Source of the DNA: Candidatus Kaiserbacteria bacterium
GTDB lineage: Bacteria; Patescibacteriota; Minisyncoccia; Phycocordibacterales; UBA2100
Reading direction: 5' to 3'
NCBI GenBank assembly: GCA_027083345.1
Contig: JALWOZ010000030.1
Location: forward strand, 977 to 64,976
DNA: 64,000 bases
The translations under genes were made by a program, and so were the position numbers. This document shows positions 27,215 through 39,844 of the stretch, piece after piece. Numbering within the stretch: the stretch's first letter is position 1; every line of letters begins with the position of its first letter. The notes beneath the pieces were generated by a model. That model was not told where the DNA came from. It was given only the letters and a program-made list of their open reading frames with translations, and ran no database searches.

Positions 27215-27628
27215 TTATTTACCCACACTGGCATTTGAACACTTCCATGTGGTACCATCCCATTGCAGATACCTGTTTGTGCCAATACAAGTTGGAGGCT
27301 TAGATATATTCTTTATATTATTTACATAATCATCTACATAGCCTTTAGTAGCTACGTGACTTCTATCTGTCGGTGTAACAGTTGAAATATGCCCTGTACC
27401 ATCATTGATCACATGCTCAACATTAGTTATTCTTGTTGTCATCGATGTAATATTCTCCCTTAAATAGTCTAGGCTCTTTTTAATTTTGCTAGCATCAATT
27501 TTTGCCCCATTTTGAATCCAGCCTGTATCTTGCCAAGTTACTGTAGCATAAGTAATTCCACTCACTAAGGTAAGACCAATCAACAACGATAATGCTACCA
27601 TTGTTATGTTATTTTTAATTTTGCTCAT
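27215..27628 (-). CDS. Small secreted/anchored protein with C-terminal Cys pair (hypothetical)
   Basis: N-terminal hydrophobic signal/anchor. CIGTNRYLQWDGTTWKC disulfide-loop-like C-terminus. No prepilin GFxxxE motif. Confidence 0.45.
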   Translation of the reverse strand: MSKIKNNITMVALSLLIGLTLVSGITYATVTWQDTGWIQNGAKIDASKIKKSLDYLRENITSMTTRITNVEHVINDGTGHISTVTPTDRSHVATKGYVDDYVNNIKNISKPPTCIGTNRYLQWDGTTWKCSNASVGK

Positions 27629-27667
27629 ACTTTATAATATTAATTTTATAATATCCTCTTTTACATA

Positions 27668-29614
27668 CTAAAATTCTTGCCACTCAGGGACCTCAGTAAC
27701 AACAACCGAGTCAGACACGGTAGAACCTCCTAAATCGGTGCAAGTTAATACATATTTAGTTGACCCACTTAATGTAGAGGTAGTCTGTTGAGATGTTGTC
27801 CTTACAGTGTCCCAACTCCAAGAGTCTTTTAGGGTATTAGTAGCCACATCTCTACCCTCTACACTACATGTAGCCACATTAGTAAGAGACCATTTTATAG
27901 TAGTCTTATTAGTTGATGGTAAAAACGCAGGCTCTGAAGTTATTTTTAAACCTCCACTGGTGCCACCGTCATAAGTACAATGCGTACACGGCTGTACACA
28001 TTGTATAGTATTAGATATAGCAGAAGACCCTGTACCCCAAGGAGAAGTATTAGAGCTTGAATCTGTGGCTCTAGCTTTAACAGTAGTGTCCACACTACTG
28101 CAAGAATTAAATGTATATGTAGCAGACACAGGAGTACCAGAGTTAGCACACCCCACACTACCGCTAGAGCTATTTGGCCACTGAGCCTCGTAGCATATTT
28201 GTCCATTGTCTGTATCTGTACTAACTATACCTACAGAACATGCTACACCTATGGTGCAATTACCGCCTATGGTAGGCGTGGTTGGAGGTGTATTCTGCAC
28301 TACGGTAAACGGTATACTAAACACACAATCCGTAGTACCAAAAAGACCTGAGCTAAATGAAGACCCTCCAAATACACCTCCACACAAATTTGGAGAACTA
28401 AAATTAAGAGTATAAGACCCCGGGGTAGTTATTTTAGGCAAAGATACATGATACACCGTATTAGTATCTGAAGCCGATACGATAGTTGTCCACGATCCTG
28501 AGTCCACTCTAGCATCTACCGACCCACCTGAGGGCTTAGCATTAGGTAGTTGAGTATTTTGAAATAAGAGAGTAAAAGAAATGTAGTCAGTACTCTGATA
28601 TGTAGACTTGTCGAGTGTTACCACAAATTGCTCATTACCAGAGTCTCTAGAGAAACCGTTAAAAACTTCCGCAGAAGAGTCAGTGTCTATCAAAGTTACA
28701 GATGCCATAGCCACCCCAGCAATAGCAAAACTAAAACTAGCAAAAATTATTAGAGTAGACTTTGGGCGTCGTAAAGCTAAGTATAGTAACCCTACAAACA
28801 ACAAAATAGGAGACAAAATTATAACCAGAGTAAATAAAGGAGAGGTACTTGTAGTATTATTACCTTTATCAATTACAATATTTGTCGCAATATCTTTTTT
28901 AGAACCCCTACCGGTAATACTCAACACAATACTTCTATATATTGCTTTATCTCCTACCCATAATTTATAAGTATAGTCTCCGTCATACAAATCTTTTGTA
29001 TCTATATTTAATGCGATTTTATTATCTTTAACCTCAACAGACTTAAAGATACCTTCTTTAATAGGGTCTGTATACATTGAGCCTTTATACACAATATAAT
29101 GTACGTCTAAGTTACTTTTCTTTTTGTTAACGTTAAGTAAATTGCAGGTTATGGTGTTTGTATTAAGTTGACACGCATTAAGCATAGTAGGTAGGTTTAC
29201 CTTTTTATTATTACTATCCTGTATCTTTATACTATCTATATACTTAAGCGCCTCTACCAGCCCATTACTGTCCCTAATAATCACAAATACATCTTGATTA
29301 CCACCGATAGTAATAGGTAGGTGCACCTTAGCATACTCAACCTTAGACTCTCCTGTACTTAAAACAACCTCGCCTATAGGGTCCTCATATAAATCATCAC
29401 CATCTTTAGACTGTACTCTAACTCCATATCTAATATTAGAAGTGCTATGCAATTTGTTTTTAAGAGAAAAAGTTATCTTTAAATCACGACCCTCTTGAGT
29501 TAGCGACGTGTTTTTTATATTCACCCCGCCACTGGCTATAGACACTGAGGGTATTAAAATACCAAATAAAAATAGCCCTAACATCTTCTTCATTAAGGGT
29601 ATTTTAACACACAA
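27668..29614 (-). CDS. Large cell-surface protein with signal peptide, central two-TM hairpin and Cys/Thr/Ser-rich C-terminal ectodomain (hypothetical)
   Basis: 648 aa. Signal peptide ends ...VSIASG. Hydrophobic segments around residues 255-305. C-terminal half rich in Cys, Thr, Ser and Gly. Confidence 0.55.
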   Translation of the reverse strand: MCVKIPLMKKMLGLFLFGILIPSVSIASGGVNIKNTSLTQEGRDLKITFSLKNKLHSTSNIRYGVRVQSKDGDDLYEDPIGEVVLSTGESKVEYAKVHLPITIGGNQDVFVIIRDSNGLVEALKYIDSIKIQDSNNKKVNLPTMLNACQLNTNTITCNLLNVNKKKSNLDVHYIVYKGSMYTDPIKEGIFKSVEVKDNKIALNIDTKDLYDGDYTYKLWVGDKAIYRSIVLSITGRGSKKDIATNIVIDKGNNTTSTSPLFTLVIILSPILLFVGLLYLALRRPKSTLIIFASFSFAIAGVAMASVTLIDTDSSAEVFNGFSRDSGNEQFVVTLDKSTYQSTDYISFTLLFQNTQLPNAKPSGGSVDARVDSGSWTTIVSASDTNTVYHVSLPKITTPGSYTLNFSSPNLCGGVFGGSSFSSGLFGTTDCVFSIPFTVVQNTPPTTPTIGGNCTIGVACSVGIVSTDTDNGQICYEAQWPNSSSGSVGCANSGTPVSATYTFNSCSSVDTTVKARATDSSSNTSPWGTGSSAISNTIQCVQPCTHCTYDGGTSGGLKITSEPAFLPSTNKTTIKWSLTNVATCSVEGRDVATNTLKDSWSWDTVRTTSQQTTSTLSGSTKYVLTCTDLGGSTVSDSVVVTEVPEWQEF

Positions 29615-29661
29615 TCTTTTACAACTCTTACTTATTGTTGATAATTAATTGAGTACTCTAT

Positions 29662-29780
29662 GTTGGCGCTTACCTACTCTCCCCTTTACGAGTACCATCG
29701 GTGTTACTGTGCTTAACTGCCGGGTTCGGAATGTAGCCGGGTGTACCCACAGCACCAAAGCACCAACATACAAAACTCAA
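29662..29780 (-). rRNA. rrf: 5S ribosomal RNA (approximate ends)
   Basis: Reverse complement contains CCGAACCCGGCAGTTAAGC and GGTACTCGTAAAGGGGAGAGTAGGTAAGCGCCAA with pairing 5'/3' ends. Confidence 0.8.
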
Positions 29781-29899
29781 TTAATTCCTCTAACTAACAA
29801 AAGAACAAGTATTAACAACTAAATACAATAAAGAAGAACCAATGACCAACCAATAATTTGGCAAAATATAAACCTAAAATCTAGTGATTCACAAAGCTC

Positions 29900-33360
<3,461 letters not shown>

Positions 33361-33610
33361 AGCTCTGTTAACCACTAGTTCTTTTGCCCTGCACTACTAC
33401 TTCCTCAAGAGCAGTGCAGATTTCGTTGAAAATACGCTGTGTGTCTTAAACGAAAAGACCTCTCTCATAATAAAACGAGAGAAAACTATAAAGACACACA
33501 ACCTGTTTTGTTTTGTCGATTTATGATTACTTAATTTATTAAATATAAATTAAGTAATCACTCTTCTTTATTGTATTTAGTTGTCAATGAACCTACTTTA
33601 ATTTTGTATC

Positions 33611-33633
33611 AAAAAAGTCGCTCTCCGAGCGAC
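33611..33633 (-). terminator. Rho-independent terminator-like hairpin (minus orientation)
   Basis: gtcgctc-tccg-gagcgac stem followed on the minus strand by UUUUUU. Lies downstream of the small ORF at 33661-33873 and about 250 nt upstream of the 23S 5' end. Confidence 0.5.
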
Positions 33634-33660
33634 CCAAGCAAGCATTATAATTAACGCGCA

Positions 33661-33873
33661 CTAGGCCACCAGTTGATTACTTAATTTAATACTCATAAAG
33701 TGCTGGGTATTATACATATATAAATAAACATTGCAAATTTTTACACAACACCCCAACAACCAAAAAACCACATAACTTATGGAAAGCCATGTGGCGGGAC
33801 GATGCCGGCTGAGCCAGGGCTCAGTTGGTGATGTAGTTGGGAACAACAACCATGCGAGTGTCAGTTTTTTCAT
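33661..33873 (-). CDS. Small hydrophobic ORF (70 aa, MKKLTLAWLLF...) in the fusA-to-rRNA spacer. Could instead be non-coding leader.
   Basis: ATG at 33873 preceded by GGGAGAAGAG. Signal-peptide-like N-terminus. Sits in a locally GC-rich block. Own terminator at 33611-33633. Confidence 0.25.
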   Translation of the reverse strand: MKKLTLAWLLFPTTSPTEPWLSRHRPATWLSISYVVFWLLGCCVKICNVYLYMYNTQHFMSIKLSNQLVA

Positions 33874-34060
33874 GTCTCTTCTCCCAGTTGATGGGCGCTC
33901 CAAGCGCCCGGTTGCAAAAAGCTGCGCCCTGAAGAGTTTCCCCTCCTAAAAAATAGCTACTCTTAAACTACCAATAACTCTCTCTCTCTACGCAACCCTT
34001 CTTATCCACAGGCATACAGATATACGGATTTGTCAAGTTCTATACTAAAGTCACAACAAA

Positions 34061-34090
34061 AAAGACGAGGCTCCCACCTCGTCTTTTTTA
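34061..34090. terminator. Bidirectional rho-independent terminator downstream of fusA
   Basis: aaagacgagg-ctcccac-ctcgtctttttt. A-run before the stem and T-run after it. Confidence 0.7.
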
Positions 34091-34111
34091 CATCATCTAC
34101 TTATATTAGTA

Positions 34112-36271
34112 TTACCCCCTCTGAGCGATGATCTCGTCGGCAACATTCTTAGGTACTACAGCGTAATTACTAAACTCCATGGTTGCATTAGCTCTACCCT
34201 CCGTCATGCTCCTTAGGGCTGTGGTGTAGCCAAACATCTCACTTAAAGGCACCTTAGCAGTGATAACCTTAGCATTGCCTCTGTCGTCCATACTCTCTAC
34301 CATACCACGCTTAGAGTTGAGGTTACCTGTCACATCTCCCATAAACTGCTCTGGTGTTGTCACCTCCACCTTCATTATTGGCTCTAGGATTGCTGGGTTG
34401 GCCTGCTTGGCAGCGTCTGTAAGGGCTTGGCTGGCCGCTATCTTAAAGGCCACTTCTGATGAGTCCACATCGTGATATGACCCATCATAGAGGTCTACAG
34501 AGATATCCTCCATTGGGTATCCTGCTAGCACTCCTCTGCTCATTGCCTCTTTAAGCCCCTTCTTTATAGCTCCCATATACTCACTAGGGATAACTCCTCC
34601 CTTGATGTTATTAATAAATTCAAAGTGCTCTTCTCTCTCAATATTGCTTGCGCGCTTCTTCTCCTTCTCTCCCTCAGCTGCCACCTCCTCTGGTTGTAGT
34701 GGTGCAATCTTAATCTTTACGTGTCCGTATTGTCCACGACCACCTGTCTGCTTAATGTACTTATTCTCAACATCTGCTGTACCTTGTATAGTCTCTCGGT
34801 AGGCCACCTGTGGGCGTCCAAGCTCCGCATCTACACCAAATTCTCTCTTCATCCTGTCTACCAAAATATCTAAGTGTAACTCTCCCATTCCTGATATAAC
34901 CGTCTCATTGGTCTCCTCATCTGTATGTACCTTAAAGGTTGGGTCCTCATCTGAGAGTTTACTTAATGCCAAACCCATCTTCTCTTGGTCAGCCTTTGTT
35001 TTAGGCTCTACGCGAGCTGAGATAACCGGCTCAGGGAAAGTTATCTCCTCAAGTACTATTGGTGCGTCTACTGGGCAGAGAGTATGACTCATCTTAAGGT
35101 CTTTAGCGCCAACTACAGCAGCTATCTCTCCTGTATAAATTTCAGATACCTCTTCTCTTTTATCAGCCATAAGGCGCACAATACGACCTATGCGCTCCTT
35201 CTTACCGGTACCGGTATTTAAGTAGCTCTCTCCACTCTTAAGTACTCCGGAATATACACGCACAAAAGTTAACTGTCCTACAAATGGGTCTGTCTGGAGT
35301 TTAAAAGCCAATGCTGCCAACGGTTCATCATCACTGGCCTTACGCTCTACCTCTTCATCTGTGTCTGGATTAATACCCTTAACTGGTGGCAAATCTGTAG
35401 GAGCAGGTAAGTAATCAACTACCGCATCAAGTACCAATTGTACTCCCTTATTCTTGAATGCACTACCACATAAAACAGGGAATAACCCATTAGCTATCAC
35501 TGCTTTGCGTAACTCAGCTTTAAGAGTGTCATAAGCTATCTCCTCTCCCCCTAGATATTTGTCCATCAACTCCTCATTATTCTCTACAATGCGCTCTATA
35601 AGCTCCCCTCTATACTTCTCCGCATCTGCTTTATATTGCTCTGGTATCTCGCTCTCCACAACATCCTTACCCATCTCACCCTCAAAGGTGTAGGCCTTCA
35701 TCTTTAGTAGATCTATAGCTCCAACATGCTCATCCTCATGACCCATTGGTATCTGCAAGCGCACAGCCTTGTTACTTAGCTTAGTCTGTATACTTGCATA
35801 CGCCGTCTCAAAGTCGGCTCCAAGCTTGTCCATCTTATTAAGGAAACAAATGCGAGGCACGCCGGCCTCATCGGCATAGCGCCAGTTCGTCTCTGTCTGT
35901 GGCTCTACTCCAGCAGCAGCGTCAAACACCACAACAGCACCATCAAGCACATACATAGACCGCTTAACCTCTGCAGTAAAGTCAATGTGTCCCGGAGTGT
36001 CAATGATGTTGAAGTTTATAGACGCCTCCTTGTCTCCCTTAGCATAAGTGGGTATATAATCACAACTTATGGCAGCAGCGGTGATGGTAATACCACGCTC
36101 ACGCTCTTGCTCCATCCAGTCTGTCACAGCCTCTCCGTCGTGCACCTCTCCTATCTTATGACTCTCGCCCGTGTAGTAAAGTATACGCTCTGAGGTAGTT
36201 GTTTTACCCGCATCTACGTGCGCCACGATACCGAAGTTGCGCATTTTCTCTATTGGATGTTTCCTTGCCAT
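34112..36271 (-). CDS. fusA: Elongation factor G
   Basis: [19 protein letters not shown]1 motif, DTPGH, NKMD, and full five-domain length (719 aa). Confidence 0.95.
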   Translation of the reverse strand: MARKHPIEKMRNFGIVAHVDAGKTTTSERILYYTGESHKIGEVHDGEAVTDWMEQERERGITITAAAISCDYIPTYAKGDKEASINFNIIDTPGHIDFTAEVKRSMYVLDGAVVVFDAAAGVEPQTETNWRYADEAGVPRICFLNKMDKLGADFETAYASIQTKLSNKAVRLQIPMGHEDEHVGAIDLLKMKAYTFEGEMGKDVVESEIPEQYKADAEKYRGELIERIVENNEELMDKYLGGEEIAYDTLKAELRKAVIANGLFPVLCGSAFKNKGVQLVLDAVVDYLPAPTDLPPVKGINPDTDEEVERKASDDEPLAALAFKLQTDPFVGQLTFVRVYSGVLKSGESYLNTGTGKKERIGRIVRLMADKREEVSEIYTGEIAAVVGAKDLKMSHTLCPVDAPIVLEEITFPEPVISARVEPKTKADQEKMGLALSKLSDEDPTFKVHTDEETNETVISGMGELHLDILVDRMKREFGVDAELGRPQVAYRETIQGTADVENKYIKQTGGRGQYGHVKIKIAPLQPEEVAAEGEKEKKRASNIEREEHFEFINNIKGGVIPSEYMGAIKKGLKEAMSRGVLAGYPMEDISVDLYDGSYHDVDSSEVAFKIAASQALTDAAKQANPAILEPIMKVEVTTPEQFMGDVTGNLNSKRGMVESMDDRGNAKVITAKVPLSEMFGYTTALRSMTEGRANATMEFSNYAVVPKNVADEIIAQRG

Positions 36272-36452
36272 AATAATATATTGTTAATGTTAATTGTTTA
36301 ATAATTTTATCTAAAAAATAAATGTTAATGCCGGCAACTATACACCAAATAACTTAGGTAATCAATATTAATAACAATATGCCTATGTTATACTAGTTAA
36401 TATGAAAATAGAAAAAGTCAGCAGGATAATCGATGGTCATAAAGACAACCAA

Positions 36453-37406
36453 ATGAACAGAAGAAAGTTCCTAACAGGACTAGGAGCTGCAACCTCTGGC
36501 ATAGGAGCTGCCGGACTATTTACCAAAAAAGATACTGATGACTACTTCCCTAAAGATACTAATGAACATACGAACAACCATACTACCATTGAAGATATTA
36601 TAAGAGAGAGCACGAATGAGTACACTGCTCCTGAGTCAAATTCTCAAGAAGATATTAGAGAGTCATCTAACTCCATATATTTTGCCTACACAATCAACAA
36701 GCTTATCCCTCACTTCAATACCGACTTAAAAAAGATAATGGAGTATGGTAACAAAATTACTAACAATGACCCTAAAGGGAGAACTCGTATAAGATATGTC
36801 TTCGACGAACTAAAGATACAAGAAGCCTCAAACTTAATAAACAACGAGATGAAGAAGTGTATAATAGGCATTTGCATTGAAGAATCTAGATTTGATGCAA
36901 GTCGCACCAGTAGATCAGGAGCCAAAGGCATACTACAAATAATGCCCAAGACATGGGAGGAACACGGAGACCCTAATGGAAACATCTTATCACTCGTAGA
37001 CCAAATGAAAGCCGTTAACAGTCTACTAACACAAACTCATCGATATTTACAAAATAAATACTTAGGTGCCCTTGATACGATTAAGATCAATTATTTTGAA
37101 GATAGCCAAACTGATTTTGAGAAATATTTTATGGTACCCATAATAATTAACTCATACAATGCCGGTATGGGTACTATGGGTAAAATAATTACGCAATTCG
37201 CTAATAAATACCGCAATAAAAATGAGTGCACCAAAGCGTTAAATGTAGATAAAGCAGTATCTGATTATGATGTGTTCTTCACAATGTCCACTTTGGCAAG
37301 AGCACAAGGAGTCAACAACTTATATAAAGAGGACGCCAGTAACTACACCCCAAAGGTATATGCTGCACTACTTAGCCTTATGAAGCACACCAATAATAAA
37401 ATATAA
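36453..37406 (+). CDS. Lytic transglycosylase (SLT-domain) with twin-arginine-type signal peptide
   Basis: MNRRKFLTGLGAATSGIGAAG (RRxFL Tat-like). Catalytic SLT motif EESRFDASRTSRSGAKGILQIMPKTW (E...GLMQ-like). Alternative upstream ATG at 36402. Confidence 0.75.
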   Translation: MNRRKFLTGLGAATSGIGAAGLFTKKDTDDYFPKDTNEHTNNHTTIEDIIRESTNEYTAPESNSQEDIRESSNSIYFAYTINKLIPHFNTDLKKIMEYGNKITNNDPKGRTRIRYVFDELKIQEASNLINNEMKKCIIGICIEESRFDASRTSRSGAKGILQIMPKTWEEHGDPNGNILSLVDQMKAVNSLLTQTHRYLQNKYLGALDTIKINYFEDSQTDFEKYFMVPIIINSYNAGMGTMGKIITQFANKYRNKNECTKALNVDKAVSDYDVFFTMSTLARAQGVNNLYKEDASNYTPKVYAALLSLMKHTNNKI

Positions 37407-37453
37407 ATATACAGTCGAGTTCTCGACGAAAAAAGAGCCGTTTAGGCTCTTTT

Positions 37454-37924
37454 TTACCAAGCGAAGTGAGCGAAAGCCTTATTAGCCTCGGCCATCTTGT
37501 GTGTATTCTCCTTCTTAGTTACTGCCTCTCCCTCATTATTGCTTGCTGCAAGTAGCTCTTCTGCTAGACGCTTGCTCATACTACTACCCTTCTTTGCTTT
37601 TGCTGCGGCGATTATCCAGCGCAATGCCAAAGAAAGCTTACGCTCAGCGCGTACCTCAACAGGAACTTGATAATTAGCTCCTCCAACACGCCTTGAGCGC
37701 ACCTCCATACTAGGTCCAACATTCTGTAGTGCTGTATCAAAGACCTCTAAAGGATCCACGCCTTTGCCACTATTTTTAATTATATCAAATGCATCATATA
37801 CAACTTTGCGGGCGATGTTCTTCTTCCCGTCTTGCATAATATAATTAATAAGTTTTGCCACATTTACAGATCCATACTCTCTGTCTGCCGCTATACCTTT
37901 CTTATTTTTAATTGGTCTTCTCAT
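37454..37924 (-). CDS. rpsG: 30S ribosomal protein S7
   Basis: Full-length S7 similarity (156 aa). Position downstream of rpsL. Confidence 0.95.
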   Translation of the reverse strand: MRRPIKNKKGIAADREYGSVNVAKLINYIMQDGKKNIARKVVYDAFDIIKNSGKGVDPLEVFDTALQNVGPSMEVRSRRVGGANYQVPVEVRAERKLSLALRWIIAAAKAKKGSSMSKRLAEELLAASNNEGEAVTKKENTHKMAEANKAFAHFAW

Positions 37925-38000
37925 ATAGTTTTTAGATTACTCTCACGCTAAGCGTGATAATTTATTCACCTTTAATAATTTATAATGTACTTTTGCTGTT

Positions 38001-38087
38001 TAAGCAGCAGTCACATATTATTTATAAATCCGGGGCAGTGGGCGGCTAGGGATAGAGGATTTAGAAATAATATGTGACTGCTGCTTA
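38001..38087. repeat. Hairpin element B: about 29-bp near-perfect inverted repeat (taagcagcagtcacatattattt...) flanking conserved core tccggggcagtgggcggctagggatagagga, in the rpsL-rpsG intercistronic spacer
   Basis: Arms 38001-38029 and 38059-38087 are complementary with 1-2 mismatches. The core is near-identical to the core at 58936-58966. Confidence 0.6.
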
Positions 38088-38103
38088 TACCTCAACTATT
38101 AAC

Positions 38104-38511
38104 TTACTTAGGGCGACGAGCTCCATACTTAGAGCGACCCTGCTTGCGACCGTCAACCCCTTCAGCATCAAGCTTGCCACGCACCACAGTATAGTTGACA
38201 CCAATATCCTTAACTCTACCACCACGCACAAGCACTACTGAGTGCTCTTGTAAATTGTGCCCTTCTCCGGGTATATACGCTGTAATCTCCATACCATTAG
38301 TAAGACGCACTCTGGCAATTTTACGAATAGCTGAGTTAGGCTTACGAGGAGTCTTAGTTGTAACCTTTGTACACACGCCTCGCTTAAACGGAGCCGAGTA
38401 TCCGGTAGGTCTATTTTTTAGAGAGTTAAAGCCTCGCCTAAGCGCAACTGTATTACTACCTTTGCGGGCCTTACTCCTTTTATTTTTTACTAATTGACTT
38501 ATTGTTGCCAT
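38104..38511 (-). CDS. rpsL: 30S ribosomal protein S12
   Basis: [45 protein letters not shown]... matches S12 almost residue for residue. Confidence 0.95.
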   Translation of the reverse strand: MATISQLVKNKRSKARKGSNTVALRRGFNSLKNRPTGYSAPFKRGVCTKVTTKTPRKPNSAIRKIARVRLTNGMEITAYIPGEGHNLQEHSVVLVRGGRVKDIGVNYTVVRGKLDAEGVDGRKQGRSKYGARRPK

Positions 38512-38580
38512 AAAATTTACTCCTACCTACCGATAGGTAGGCGCAAATATACTATATTATTAACTAATTGCAACCATCTT

Positions 38581-39831
38581 TTATATACTATCACTCAGAG
38601 AGTATATAGGAGAGATCATGGCCATAGCAAAAAAGCCAACTGCTCCACCTATAAATAGCATCAAGAAAGGCTCTATAATAGTACTCATGTCTTTTGTCTT
38701 TTGGTCTACTTCTGTCTCATAAAAAGATGCTACTTGCATCAACATCTCACTAACCTTGCCTGTCTCCTCTCCTACTGCCAACATCTCACTAACTAGAGGT
38801 GGGTATAAATCTTCTCTCCTGCCAAATACGACACTCATAGACTCTCCCTGTTGCACAACCTTGGCAGCTGATAGTATCACCTTTTTATGAAATGTATTTT
38901 GTACTACATCTGCAGTTATATTTAAAGCTGTTATAATATCTACCCCAGACGAAGTGAGAGAACTGAGGGTACGGGCAAATCTAGCAGAGTTTATCTCTTT
39001 TACAATTGTACCGATAGCAGGTAATCTTAATAAAAACGCATCAAAAAGCATCTTACCTAACTTAGTCCTCAAGAAATATATAACAGAAAAGATAAATACA
39101 GCTAAAATAATTAAACTCAAGATAGTATTATTAACTAAAAAGTTACTAATAGCTATTATAGCCTTAGTTGTGGCCGGTAGGTCTACTCCAACCTCCTCAA
39201 AAGTCTTTTTTAAAGTTGGTACAACTTGCGTCATCATAAGAAAACCAATAATAACCATAGCAATCATTACAATAGATGGATAAACCATTGCTCCTTTTAT
39301 CCTCTTCTTTAACTTATAACTTTTATCCATCTGCAAAGAGATAGAGGCCAACGAGTCGGGGAGATTACCTCCCTCTTCTCCAGCCTTAACCATAGAGACA
39401 AATAACTTCTTAAATACCTTGGGGTGCTCTTCTAGTGCAGTAGAGAGCTTATCCCCCTTGCGCACCTTAGATAATAAAGCTCGAAGTATGTAATTAAGCT
39501 TTGGATTCTTTGTTTGTCTATTGGCCACAGACAATGCTCTCGTCAAAGGCAATCCAGCACCAAGCATAGCAGAGAGATTCCTGGTAAATATTATAATATC
39601 TACCTCTCGCACTGTACTAAACCTCTCATTTATAGCCCTTATACCACCAAGAGAGAGCACGGAGAAGCCTCCAACCTTATTAACCCTCAATATGTCTCCA
39701 CCCTCATTACGGACCTTAGCATATACCTCAAATCTATCCACAGCATCAATTACTCCGCCATACTCCTTACCGTCACGCACTGCTGTGTACTCAAACTTAT
39801 GTGTTGTTTTATTCCTATTATCCATATACAC
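38581..39831 (-). CDS. pilC: Type IV pilus / type II secretion platform protein (PilC/GspF family)
   Basis: Two GspF-type repeats (e.g. LSAMLGAGLPLTRALSV...LSKVRKGDKLSTALEEHPKVF), three TM segments, 416 aa. Confidence 0.85.
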   Translation of the reverse strand: MYMDNRNKTTHKFEYTAVRDGKEYGGVIDAVDRFEVYAKVRNEGGDILRVNKVGGFSVLSLGGIRAINERFSTVREVDIIIFTRNLSAMLGAGLPLTRALSVANRQTKNPKLNYILRALLSKVRKGDKLSTALEEHPKVFKKLFVSMVKAGEEGGNLPDSLASISLQMDKSYKLKKRIKGAMVYPSIVMIAMVIIGFLMMTQVVPTLKKTFEEVGVDLPATTKAIIAISNFLVNNTILSLIILAVFIFSVIYFLRTKLGKMLFDAFLLRLPAIGTIVKEINSARFARTLSSLTSSGVDIITALNITADVVQNTFHKKVILSAAKVVQQGESMSVVFGRREDLYPPLVSEMLAVGEETGKVSEMLMQVASFYETEVDQKTKDMSTIIEPFLMLFIGGAVGFFAMAMISPIYSLSDSI

Positions 39832-39844
39832 TTAGGATTTTACA

